Origin: a virus
Lineage: Duplodnaviria > Caudoviricetes
DNA length: 26,370 nt
Strand: one strand, 5' to 3'
Virus record (IMG/VR): IMGVR_UViG_3300020403_000076
Span: 1-26,370 of that record
Shown: in pieces, positions 16,557 to 24,194 of the stretch
Numbering within the stretch: position 1 is the stretch's first letter
Layout of the letters: the number at the start of each line of letters is the position of its first letter
Notes under the pieces: model-generated
The model's input: the letters and a program-made list of their open reading frames with translations, nothing else
Told to the model about the DNA's origin: nothing
Database searches by the model: none
Position numbers and translations under genes: made by a program

Positions 16557-16772
16557 ATGAAAGAATTTGCTCTTGTTATAAGCATGTGGGGACACACAGG
16601 TGTTGAGTGGGAATTTATTGGCAATCAATCTATTCTTAAAGAAACATTATCACAGGAACAATGTGAGTTTTTATCGCATGAAGAACTGTGGGACCATAAA
16701 AACCAGAATAAGTTTTATAAAATACTTATTCAATGCTATCCGACAGACTGTGCGGGTAAGGACGCTTGCTAA
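16557..16772 (+). CDS. Hypothetical protein (start revised to 16557)
   Basis: MKEFALVISMWGHTGVEWEFIGNQ..., 71 aa, starting 2 nt after the MTase stop. Confidence 0.7.
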   Translation: MKEFALVISMWGHTGVEWEFIGNQSILKETLSQEQCEFLSHEELWDHKNQNKFYKILIQCYPTDCAGKDAC

Positions 16773-16889
16773 TAAAAAAGGACGCTTAATGCGCCCTTTT
16801 CTTTTATAACTTCCCTTGCCTTTTTTAGGCCGGATTACCCGCAGCTTAAACTGCGGCAGCTTGATGAGTTTCGCTTGCAGATTTCGCAT
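16671..16889 (-). CDS. arfA: ArfA-like (alternative ribosome-rescue factor A) peptide, predicted to be expressed from a non-stop mRNA
   Basis: MRNLQAKLIKLPQFKLRVIRPKKGKGSYKRKG matches the ArfA N-x8-P-x-F-x2-RV-x3-KKGKGSY-x-RK signature. GAGGAG RBS 7 nt before the ATG. Confidence 0.68.
   Translation of the reverse strand: MRNLQAKLIKLPQFKLRVIRPKKGKGSYKRKGRIKRPFLLASVLTRTVCRIALNKYFIKLILVFMVPQFFMR
16771..16800 (-). terminator. Intrinsic terminator inside the ArfA-like ORF (may also serve the convergent + strand genes)
   Basis: - strand AAAAGGGCGC-ATTAA-GCGTCC-TTTTTTATT. The stem pairs fully (one G-U) on the - strand and has an A-C mismatch on the + strand. Confidence 0.72.
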
Positions 16890-17094
16890 AAGGGTTCTCC
16901 TCTTGCATGAGCCCCGAAGCTTTCACCCCCAGATTGTACAATGCCTCTTGCATTGGATTGTCTGACGCCTTACCGCGCTCTGTCAAAAAAACTTCAACAG
17001 GGTTTCCTGTATCTGGGTGATAGCTCACAGTTACTGACAACCCCATGCCCACTTCTTCAGTCACGCAGGGTCTACGGTTGGGCAGATCCAACAT
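16846..17094 (-). CDS. Stand-alone TSCPD-like protein (resembles the C-terminal domain of class II ribonucleotide reductase)
   Basis: LPNRRP...LSVTVSYHPDTGNPVEVFL...GKAS...ASGLMQ. AAGGAG RBS. Confidence 0.55.
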   Translation of the reverse strand: MLDLPNRRPCVTEEVGMGLSVTVSYHPDTGNPVEVFLTERGKASDNPMQEALYNLGVKASGLMQEENPYAKSASETHQAAAV

Positions 17095-17157
17095 ACTTCT
17101 CTCCTTTTAAATTTTGATTCGTTTAGTTTATAGAGAATGTAAATACGGATCTAGATG

Positions 17158-17319
17158 TTAATCTGTCTCTTTTATCTCATAGCCTTCTGTTCTACAAAAA
17201 ACGTCAAACATAACTCTTAGCTGTCCAGAGATACTTCTGTTCTCCATTTCAGCTATTTTTTTGATGCCCCTGTAAACATTAATAGGCACCAGCACTGATT
17301 TCCATTTTGAGGTGTCCAT
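17158..17319 (-). CDS. Ribbon-helix-helix (Arc/CopG-like) DNA-binding protein (53 aa, not in track)
   Basis: Hand translation MDTSKWKSVLVPINVYRGIKKIAEMENRSISGQLRVMFDVFCRTEGYEIKETD*: beta-ribbon KSVLV, helix, NRSIS turn, helix. GGAG RBS. Confidence 0.75.
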   Translation of the reverse strand: MDTSKWKSVLVPINVYRGIKKIAEMENRSISGQLRVMFDVFCRTEGYEIKETD

Positions 17320-17350
17320 TTCATTACTCCAAGTTTATGTGTTCTAGGAT

Positions 17351-17379
17351 AATATAGGACTTTATAGTTGTAATATCAA
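17351..17379 (-). promoter_or_regulatory. Sigma70-type promoter
   Basis: TTGATA-17 nt-TATATT directly after the polymerase terminator. Confidence 0.7.
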
Positions 17380-17380
17380 C

Positions 17381-17407
17381 AAAAAAAGCCCCGCCGAAGC
17401 GGGGCTT
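17381..17407 (-). terminator. Rho-independent terminator with UUCG tetraloop
   Basis: - strand AAGCCCCGC-TTCG-GCGGGGC-TTTTTTT after the polymerase stop. Confidence 0.92.
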
Positions 17408-17429
17408 AGTCAGGGAGGAACGAAAAAAC

Positions 17430-19325
17430 TTACATACTATCGCCCCAGTTGGAGCCAATCTCTATGTCAGTCTTCATCGGTACTTCCAATTCTATAGCGT
17501 CACACATGATTTGAGCAAGTTCTTTTGCTTGTTCAGGGTCTGACACGCTAAATGCCAGCTCGTCGTGGACCTGTAGTAAAGGTGTATGCCCTGCCTTATA
17601 CAGGTCTACCATTGCTTTCTTTGTCATGTCTGCAGCAGACGCCTGAATGAGGCGGTTCAAGGCTTTGTAAGCCTTTGCTCTCTGCAGCGGGACTGTTGGG
17701 CCATAGTGTGCACGGGCCTCATCGTAGCTCATTGCTTTGTGCATACCAAACTTTGCAGGCTCAAACTCTGGGAACCTACACTTGCGCCCCAAAAGAGAGC
17801 GAATCGAGCCTTCTTCATTGCCGTTCTGCACTCTGTCCTGTACAACCCGCATAAGTTTCTTAACGAAAGGAACCCGCGCATCATACTGTTGAGTTATTTC
17901 TCTGGCCTCTTCTGCTGATAAATCTAGCTGGTCCCCAAGTTTCGCCACACCCATGCCATACATCATACCCAAGTTGATTGTCTTAGCTTGTTTTCTTGGT
18001 ATGTCAGCCATCTCTGCAACCATCGTATGGAAGTCCATGTCAGGGTTATTTGTATACCCGCTCACAAATTCCTCTACTTTTGGCATTTCTGTTTTTGTGC
18101 GCTTTTGGTACAGGGACGCAAAGTGCACAAGGATGCGGGGCTCTTGTTGTGAGTAATCTATAGACGCCCACTTTTCCCCCTCATCTGGCACAAACACTGA
18201 CCTAATTAGTGGCCCAAGGTCAGGGTGCCGTGCAGGAATCTGCTGTAAGTTGGGATTTGACATAGAAATTCGTCCCGAAACGGTCCCACCGTCGTCTGAC
18301 CTGATTTGATTTATATGACCATGCACCCGTCCATCACGACCTATGTGCTTTTGCAAGCCGTCCATGAACGTGCCTTTACTTTTATTAAATTCTCTAGCAA
18401 GCAGAATTTGTTTAGGCAGCTCGTGAGTATGTGTATTAAGAAACGCTTTTGTAAAAGACGGGGCGTTCTTCGCCGTCCTGGGATATTCAAGGCCCAGCTC
18501 ATCAAAAGCTTTAGCTATAGACGCTGCCGCCCATATCTCTACATCAAATCCAACTAGGCCATTTAGCTTTTCACGAGCTTTCTTTTCTTCGCCCAACATA
18601 AACTGGGTAGCCCGTTCCATTGCATCCTGATCCACACGGATACCCCGCAGCGTCATGTCAACGAGGCAGGGCAGCAGGTCTCGCTCAAGTTCGTGGACCG
18701 TGGTCAGGTTCTCGCGCTCTATCTGAACTTTAAAATATTTCCACAGCTCGAGTGTAAGCACAGCGTCTTTCTCTGCGTACTCACCAACAAAGTTGGCAGG
18801 CATCCGCCACATTTCTCCCTTTGGGTCAAAGCCAAACTGTTTGGCGGCTTCGACTAATCCTTTCTCAGACTTGGTTTTATTAATGTGGTCATAGGCAACA
18901 GAGTTCAAGCTGTAGCTAAAACGGTTCTCGTCTAGCAGCGCAGCCACCACCATAGTGTCGATAATGTTCCCGTTCACCTCAAAGCCCATAGCTTTCAGCC
19001 AGCCAAGGTCATACTGTGCGTTGTGCATGATTTTGTCGGCAGGGCAGGCTAATACTTTTTTCATATAGTTTTTAACTATACGCTCGTCTAAATTGCCGCC
19101 GCCCTCATGTTTGATAGGCAAGTATCCAAACCAGCCATCAACAGCAAGAGCAAAGCCCACAACGAAACCATCGCCACGAGGCCAACCTGGGCCCAGTGTT
19201 TTGATGTTCGGGTCACATGTTTCAAGGTCAATTGCTATTTCTTTCGCATCAGTGATGTCCGGCAGCTCGAAAGGTGGAGCCCACTCAAAACTTTTTAAAG
19301 GAGACATAAACTCAACTTCACTCAT
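17430..19325 (-). CDS. polA: Family A DNA polymerase with 3'-5' exonuclease domain
   Basis: Exo motifs AIDLET, HNAQYD and YAEKD. Pol motifs SGRISMSNPNLQQIP, DYSQQEPR (A), RKQAKTINLGMMYG (B) and QVHDEL (C). Confidence 0.96.
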   Translation of the reverse strand: MSEVEFMSPLKSFEWAPPFELPDITDAKEIAIDLETCDPNIKTLGPGWPRGDGFVVGFALAVDGWFGYLPIKHEGGGNLDERIVKNYMKKVLACPADKIMHNAQYDLGWLKAMGFEVNGNIIDTMVVAALLDENRFSYSLNSVAYDHINKTKSEKGLVEAAKQFGFDPKGEMWRMPANFVGEYAEKDAVLTLELWKYFKVQIERENLTTVHELERDLLPCLVDMTLRGIRVDQDAMERATQFMLGEEKKAREKLNGLVGFDVEIWAAASIAKAFDELGLEYPRTAKNAPSFTKAFLNTHTHELPKQILLAREFNKSKGTFMDGLQKHIGRDGRVHGHINQIRSDDGGTVSGRISMSNPNLQQIPARHPDLGPLIRSVFVPDEGEKWASIDYSQQEPRILVHFASLYQKRTKTEMPKVEEFVSGYTNNPDMDFHTMVAEMADIPRKQAKTINLGMMYGMGVAKLGDQLDLSAEEAREITQQYDARVPFVKKLMRVVQDRVQNGNEEGSIRSLLGRKCRFPEFEPAKFGMHKAMSYDEARAHYGPTVPLQRAKAYKALNRLIQASAADMTKKAMVDLYKAGHTPLLQVHDELAFSVSDPEQAKELAQIMCDAIELEVPMKTDIEIGSNWGDSM

Positions 19326-19542
19326 TTTCGTCCCCTATAATATATTGGAGTCTGCTTAGGTAGAACTGTGCTTTTGCAAGGTCCTCTGCTGCTTTGCCCT
19401 TGTACTGGTATCGCCATATGTATTTGATTATCGCGCCCTGCAGGTAGTATTTGTACCCATCTCCAAGTGCGGCTTGGATTGCATCCAAGCATTCGATTTT
19501 ACCCCGCGTATAATGCTCGGGGTGATTAACCATGTCGCTCAT
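19318..19542 (-). CDS. DUF3310-family protein (T7 gp1.7-like)
   Basis: VNHPEHYTRGKIECLDAI...GAIIKYIWRYQYKG...EDLAKAQFYL. Confidence 0.88.
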   Translation of the reverse strand: MSDMVNHPEHYTRGKIECLDAIQAALGDGYKYYLQGAIIKYIWRYQYKGKAAEDLAKAQFYLSRLQYIIGDENE

Positions 19543-21071
19543 ATCTGGTAGCTCCTAATGCCGTCCATAGGGGAAACGATGAAAAGATTCTCTTTGGTTC
19601 GTGTCACGCCTACATAAAATAATCTATGCAGGTCATCCAACATTCTTTGCCCCTCTCGCGTGTTAGACGAAACCGCTTGGTCAGAAGCATAGGATATATC
19701 AGTATATAAGACAACATTCGTGGCTTCGCCGCCTTTTGTGCCGTGAATTGTAGACACCTTGATCCGTGGTTCGCGGTTCAAGTCTTCCCCTCTGCGAAGC
19801 AGCGCAGCGATATATGTTTTGTTATCTTCGGCTATCTTGTCCATAGCCACGTCCCACGTCATGTCTTTGGTTGCAAGCAGCCCCATGTTTTGCTGCAGGC
19901 TTTCCAACGTAAACCTGTCGTCAGCCTGCACATTGGGCAAGGTTTTAAAGCCACGTTTAATACGGGTGTTTGACTTCATAAAGTAGTAGAGGTCTTTCAC
20001 AGCATTTGCGGTTACTTCTTCGCCCTTTATGAGAGATTGCCAACTGTCCAGAGCTATAGCCAGTTTGAGACTGATGCTTCTATGCCCACGGTTTTCAAAG
20101 TAAAACCCGTGTTGTTTCAACGATTCGCATATCTCATTGAGCATATAATTGCACTGCGCCATAACCATCCAATCGCCCTTTTTAAATTTTTCTACGTCAG
20201 GCTCGAAGACATGATGAACGGCCCCCTCCTCTGGCTTTGGGTTATAATATTTAGGCCGCCGGATAGTTATACGGTTAGCAATGCGCTGAGCTATCTTGTG
20301 AACGGTCCGTGGTACGCGGTACGATTGCGATAACACCTCAGACCCCTCTTCAACATTCAAGAAGTGTTCAACGTCAGCCCCCGCCCAACGATAAATAGCT
20401 TGGTCATCATCACCTGCGGCGTACATACGTTTAGACTTTTCATTTAAAACGTGTGCTATCTCCCACTGCAAGGGCGACAAGTCTTGCGCTTCGTCAAGAA
20501 ATGTCACAGCAAAGCGAGGGCACACCCGTGATCCGTTGTTCGAGAACCATTCAAGAATGTCTGTGTAATCATATAGGTTTTGGGATTTTTTAAATTTACG
20601 GTAGCAGGTGTCTATGTATTCAACCGTGGTCAGCGGTTCTTCTAATCCGCTATGCCGATAGGTCTCACTTATCATTTCTTTCTTCAACCGCGCTAGTTGA
20701 ATAAGCTGCATGATAGGGTTGTCTTTGGCTGCGGCCCCAATGTCCTCTTCATCGTTTAAAGATTTAGCCGTCAGGTTGAAGCCTATTTTGTTGCCCAGCT
20801 CAGTTAAGTGCTCAAACCCCAGCAACTGTTCACGTTTGATATCAGAGAGATTGAAGCAGAAGCTGTGCAGGGTGCGAAAGAAATGCAGGTCATGTTCCAT
20901 GTCCAGCCCGAAACGTGCGGCTGCTCGTTCCTTTGCTTCTCTTGCAGCCTTGCGTGTAAAGGCAAGGAAAGCTATGTCTCCTGGGGCAGTGCCCTCTTCA
21001 ATGGTTTTCTCTACCATGTTGAGAAGTGTGGTTGTTTTGCCCGTACCTGGCGGCCCATATATAACAAACAT
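19539..21071 (-). CDS. UvrD/Rep-like superfamily 1 DNA helicase
   Basis: GPPGTGKTT, FLDEAQDLS, AGDDDQAIY, QSYR, STIHGTKGGEA, LFYVGVTR. Confidence 0.93.
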   Translation of the reverse strand: MFVIYGPPGTGKTTTLLNMVEKTIEEGTAPGDIAFLAFTRKAAREAKERAAARFGLDMEHDLHFFRTLHSFCFNLSDIKREQLLGFEHLTELGNKIGFNLTAKSLNDEEDIGAAAKDNPIMQLIQLARLKKEMISETYRHSGLEEPLTTVEYIDTCYRKFKKSQNLYDYTDILEWFSNNGSRVCPRFAVTFLDEAQDLSPLQWEIAHVLNEKSKRMYAAGDDDQAIYRWAGADVEHFLNVEEGSEVLSQSYRVPRTVHKIAQRIANRITIRRPKYYNPKPEEGAVHHVFEPDVEKFKKGDWMVMAQCNYMLNEICESLKQHGFYFENRGHRSISLKLAIALDSWQSLIKGEEVTANAVKDLYYFMKSNTRIKRGFKTLPNVQADDRFTLESLQQNMGLLATKDMTWDVAMDKIAEDNKTYIAALLRRGEDLNREPRIKVSTIHGTKGGEATNVVLYTDISYASDQAVSSNTREGQRMLDDLHRLFYVGVTRTKENLFIVSPMDGIRSYQI

Positions 21072-22612
21072 TAGAACGGTATATCCTCATCGTTCACCTC
21101 AAACTCCGGTGTCTTAACCGTAGTGTCAGGTATTTCATACGCAGGTATTGCCCAGACGCGAACTACCCGCCCTTTTATTCTTAGTATTGTTGATTCGCCG
21201 CCAATGTCCCGTAGGCGTTGGGATATCTGGTGTGTCTTGAACTCAAAGAACCGCTGTCTTTTTAAAAAGTTCTCAAGGTCCCGCAGCCGAAAGAAGCTCT
21301 GTTTCTTCTCTTCATCTGTCCAAGGACGGCGGAGAAGTATTTCTTCTTTGTCTGCTGCCGTCTGCATGTTGCGGCAAAAGTCTTCCAAGTAATCATAGAA
21401 CGCACCGTCAATGGACGAATCCTCTGACGCCTCCATGACCCCGCCTTCTGTCTCTGTCATGTCTCGCAGTAATGCTGCGACACGGTTCTCCCAGATGTTC
21501 TTGCTTACAGTGGGCGGCATGACGTTGAGTTGTTCGATGCAATTCTTTTGAAACGCAGCTTGGCTCTGTAACCCCTCTGTGGATAGTTCAAGTGGCTCGC
21601 CGTTCACGTCCATAAACCAGATAGGCGGTTTGGAGTTGTACTTGCGTAGGTTTGCTATGGCGGCAGACTGCCCCACGTTGCCGACGCCATACTTTCTGGT
21701 CAGGCACTTGTCCTTGTCACAGAACTCATTAATAGGAGCGTCGCTGCATTTATACTGATAGTCCTTACGATTAAGTTGTTTAACCAGTACATTCACCTCT
21801 GCTAAGGGCAGGGGCGGGTCAAAGTGAGCCATGTTATATTGCATAAGCTCATTCTCCCATGTGTCAGGGAAAGCTTTACGCAAGTAAACACCAATATTAA
21901 AGAGCCCGTTATTGCGAGTGCCCTCTGGAAAGCCTTGGTTGCACAGATGCTGCAGGCAAGGTGGCCCGTCTTTAATTGGTGTGCGGGCCTGCTTCTCTAC
22001 GCTCAGGGCTTCTATTTGCTCTGGTGTTTGTACGGCTGCTTCATACATCCCGAAGAACTCTTCGAGAGTGGCGGCGGACCCGTCTGGATTAAATGCGTAG
22101 CGCAGACTTTCTTCATGGTTATAGTAGGGAAGGTTAAGAAAGTTTCCGACATCTCCCCTGTCGAGGTGAAGTTTAATTTGTTTTGGAAAAATTTCGCTTC
22201 CAGCATAACCCAGTGCTGCTGAAATAGAGGTAAGCGTATCTTGTAGAACCTTTGCCTGAATCCAATCTGTAGAAAAAAGAAAAACATGGGCACCCCCTGA
22301 CTTTGAACGGCATACAACCAAGGGCAGTTTCATTTCTATTATTTTTTCTATCAGCTCTTTGTGGTTAAAGCCTGTGTATTGGTCTATGTCTATGCAGCCC
22401 CATTTACATGCATTGTCAGCATTAATGGGGATAATCCCTATGGCAGGGCCCGTTCCATTTAGATGCCCTTCCCACGTCTCTTGTGTGCGCGGCTGACGTA
22501 GGACGCTTGCCTGTCCGGCTTGCTTCCCATTAGCCTGCTGTCTCTGGATCTCGTAAGTGCCATACGCCTCTTCAAGACCAGAGAAGATTGCTGAAAACTT
22601 CTCTGCTATCAT
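21071..22612 (-). CDS. Primase (AEP/primase-polymerase type with PriCT-like domain)
   Basis: WGCIDID, RSKSGGAHVFLF, NFLNLPY, GPPCL, EGTRNNGLF and the Cys cluster CSDAPINEFCDKDKC. Confidence 0.85.
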   Translation of the reverse strand: MIAEKFSAIFSGLEEAYGTYEIQRQQANGKQAGQASVLRQPRTQETWEGHLNGTGPAIGIIPINADNACKWGCIDIDQYTGFNHKELIEKIIEMKLPLVVCRSKSGGAHVFLFSTDWIQAKVLQDTLTSISAALGYAGSEIFPKQIKLHLDRGDVGNFLNLPYYNHEESLRYAFNPDGSAATLEEFFGMYEAAVQTPEQIEALSVEKQARTPIKDGPPCLQHLCNQGFPEGTRNNGLFNIGVYLRKAFPDTWENELMQYNMAHFDPPLPLAEVNVLVKQLNRKDYQYKCSDAPINEFCDKDKCLTRKYGVGNVGQSAAIANLRKYNSKPPIWFMDVNGEPLELSTEGLQSQAAFQKNCIEQLNVMPPTVSKNIWENRVAALLRDMTETEGGVMEASEDSSIDGAFYDYLEDFCRNMQTAADKEEILLRRPWTDEEKKQSFFRLRDLENFLKRQRFFEFKTHQISQRLRDIGGESTILRIKGRVVRVWAIPAYEIPDTTVKTPEFEVNDEDIPF

Positions 22613-22722
22613 GTTGGTTCCTTAAAAGGATAGGGGTGGGATTCGTGTGACTATATATTGTGTAGGTTTTTTTTCGTTTCGGCTGTCTATCGCCTGTTAA
22701 AACCTGCCCCACCCCTAACTGT

Positions 22723-23526
22723 TTAAAACGGTATGTCGTCGTCTGAGCCGTCAGCAGCGTTATTTGTCGCGCCACCTTCTTGCTCATGTTTGACTGTGAC
22801 TTCACCCTTCTCAATGGACTGATTAAAGTCTTTTGCCGCTTTATACTGATGGGCCTCAGATATTGGGCTATCAAGGCTCATTTCCCAACCGTGCCAGCTT
22901 CCTTTACTATTCTCTTCGCTAACAGTCTTCAAGTTGTAAATGTGGCTAAACATAGGCGGCGTGAAAGGTCCATTGGCCCCATTCATTTCACGCGACATGA
23001 TCATGCTCATCCATTTACGAGACTTTTTGAGTTGAGTAGATTTCATAGCAATCAGTGCATTAGTCATACCGCCCTCTGGGTTGATAATTTTGACATACCA
23101 CTGAGCTGTCTGCTCAACATAATCACCTGACCCATCATCGACATATTCTTTATTGTCATTAGGGTCTCGATTTGTTTTTGGAAGATTTGGGTCATTAGGA
23201 TCGTGAATCGCGACAGGTGCTGCGATACCCTGGCCTCGTGGCTGCCAACGTATGAACTTACGCTGATAAGCGCACGGTATGACCTTTATACCCTCTTTGC
23301 CTTTGTACACTTCCCCTGTGACAGTGTTCACGATATCGCCTTTGCGTACATCGTCACGCTCATCGAGAATGCCGTCCAAGCCAGATACAATCTTCAAAAA
23401 AGGCAGAGCCATATCCTCATTGGATACATTCTGAATACCTGCACTTGCATCTGCTTCAAACATGGAAGCGTCAAACTGCGCTACCGCAGTCGTCTCTTCC
23501 TTTTTTACAACCTGTTTTTCAGCCAT
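22723..23526 (-). CDS. ssb: Single-stranded DNA-binding protein (start revised to 23526)
   Basis: MAEKQVVKKEE..., 267 aa, LPFLKIV...ALIAMKSTQLKKSRKW...NSKGSWHGW, acidic tail DDDIPF. GGAG RBS and TAATG coupling. Confidence 0.78.
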   Translation of the reverse strand: MAEKQVVKKEETTAVAQFDASMFEADASAGIQNVSNEDMALPFLKIVSGLDGILDERDDVRKGDIVNTVTGEVYKGKEGIKVIPCAYQRKFIRWQPRGQGIAAPVAIHDPNDPNLPKTNRDPNDNKEYVDDGSGDYVEQTAQWYVKIINPEGGMTNALIAMKSTQLKKSRKWMSMIMSREMNGANGPFTPPMFSHIYNLKTVSEENSKGSWHGWEMSLDSPISEAHQYKAAKDFNQSIEKGEVTVKHEQEGGATNNAADGSDDDIPF

Positions 23527-24104
23527 TATTTTGCTCCTTTTACTACTGCACGTTGGCCTATGTACGCCCCAAATAACTCCATTGGGAAGGGCCTTCCTTC
23601 CTCTGTCTGCTCTTTTACCCAAGCTCTCAGGGTGTTGTAGGGGATGCTTTCTTGCTGTTTTGGGGACAAGCCTTGCTCTTCTACCTTGGACTTGAAGTCT
23701 GACGCTTGCTGGTCTTCCCCCATTCCGAAGTTTACTGACACGATATTTTTGACCATGTCCCCGAACCCGTTTTGCCTTAACCATGAATATGCCTCCTCTC
23801 TTTTGTCAACTGGTATAGATGCTCCGTAAGTCTTTTTAATTTCGACCTGCGAACCGTCTTGCAGTTTAAAAGAGGAAACACCCATTTCTGCCAGCATGTT
23901 TGGCAATTCCTCATCAGACATTCTATACAACTCTTTCTTCGCCTCTTTAACCTTTTCTTCTAGGTTCTTGACGAGAGTTTCTTGGTCTGTAATTTGTTGG
24001 GCTAATTTTGCGACACCTTTTAGATTGCTATCATCAAACGTGCCAAGTGGTGATTCGGATTTGGACTGAGTGTCCGCTTCCATAAGAGACGTTAAGTCAC
24101 TCAT
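23526..24104 (-). CDS. Conserved phage replication-module protein (coiled-coil N-terminal region)
   Basis: 192 aa, LPNMLAEMGVSSFKLQDG...ASIP...AYSWLRQNGFGDMVKN. AAGGAG RBS. Confidence 0.8.
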   Translation of the reverse strand: MSDLTSLMEADTQSKSESPLGTFDDSNLKGVAKLAQQITDQETLVKNLEEKVKEAKKELYRMSDEELPNMLAEMGVSSFKLQDGSQVEIKKTYGASIPVDKREEAYSWLRQNGFGDMVKNIVSVNFGMGEDQQASDFKSKVEEQGLSPKQQESIPYNTLRAWVKEQTEEGRPFPMELFGAYIGQRAVVKGAK

Positions 24105-24125
24105 TTTCTTTCTCCTTCGTCGTTG

Positions 24126-24182
24126 AGTGTTTATTAAAACACTTGATATATCTTATATAAATGTATACATTAACATAGTCAA
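24126..24182. promoter_or_regulatory. Overlapping opposite-strand promoters between the replication operon and the SNF2 helicase
   Basis: + strand TTGATA(24143)-17-TACATT. - strand TTGACT(24182)-17-TATATA. Inverted repeat AGTGTTT...AAACACT at 24126-24143. Confidence 0.62.
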
Positions 24183-24194
24183 GGAGAAAAGCAC

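Noticed and set aside
22631-22717. Hammerhead ribozyme suggested by GCCGAAAC
   Set aside because: No CUGANGA core is found on either strand.
23527-23784. 86-aa N-terminal extension of the SSB ORF
   Set aside because: It overlaps the upstream gene in another frame. The RBS and TAATG coupling support a start at 23526.
17586-23829. Numerous short + strand ORFs across the replication module
   Set aside because: They are antisense shadows of well-supported polymerase, helicase, primase and SSB genes.
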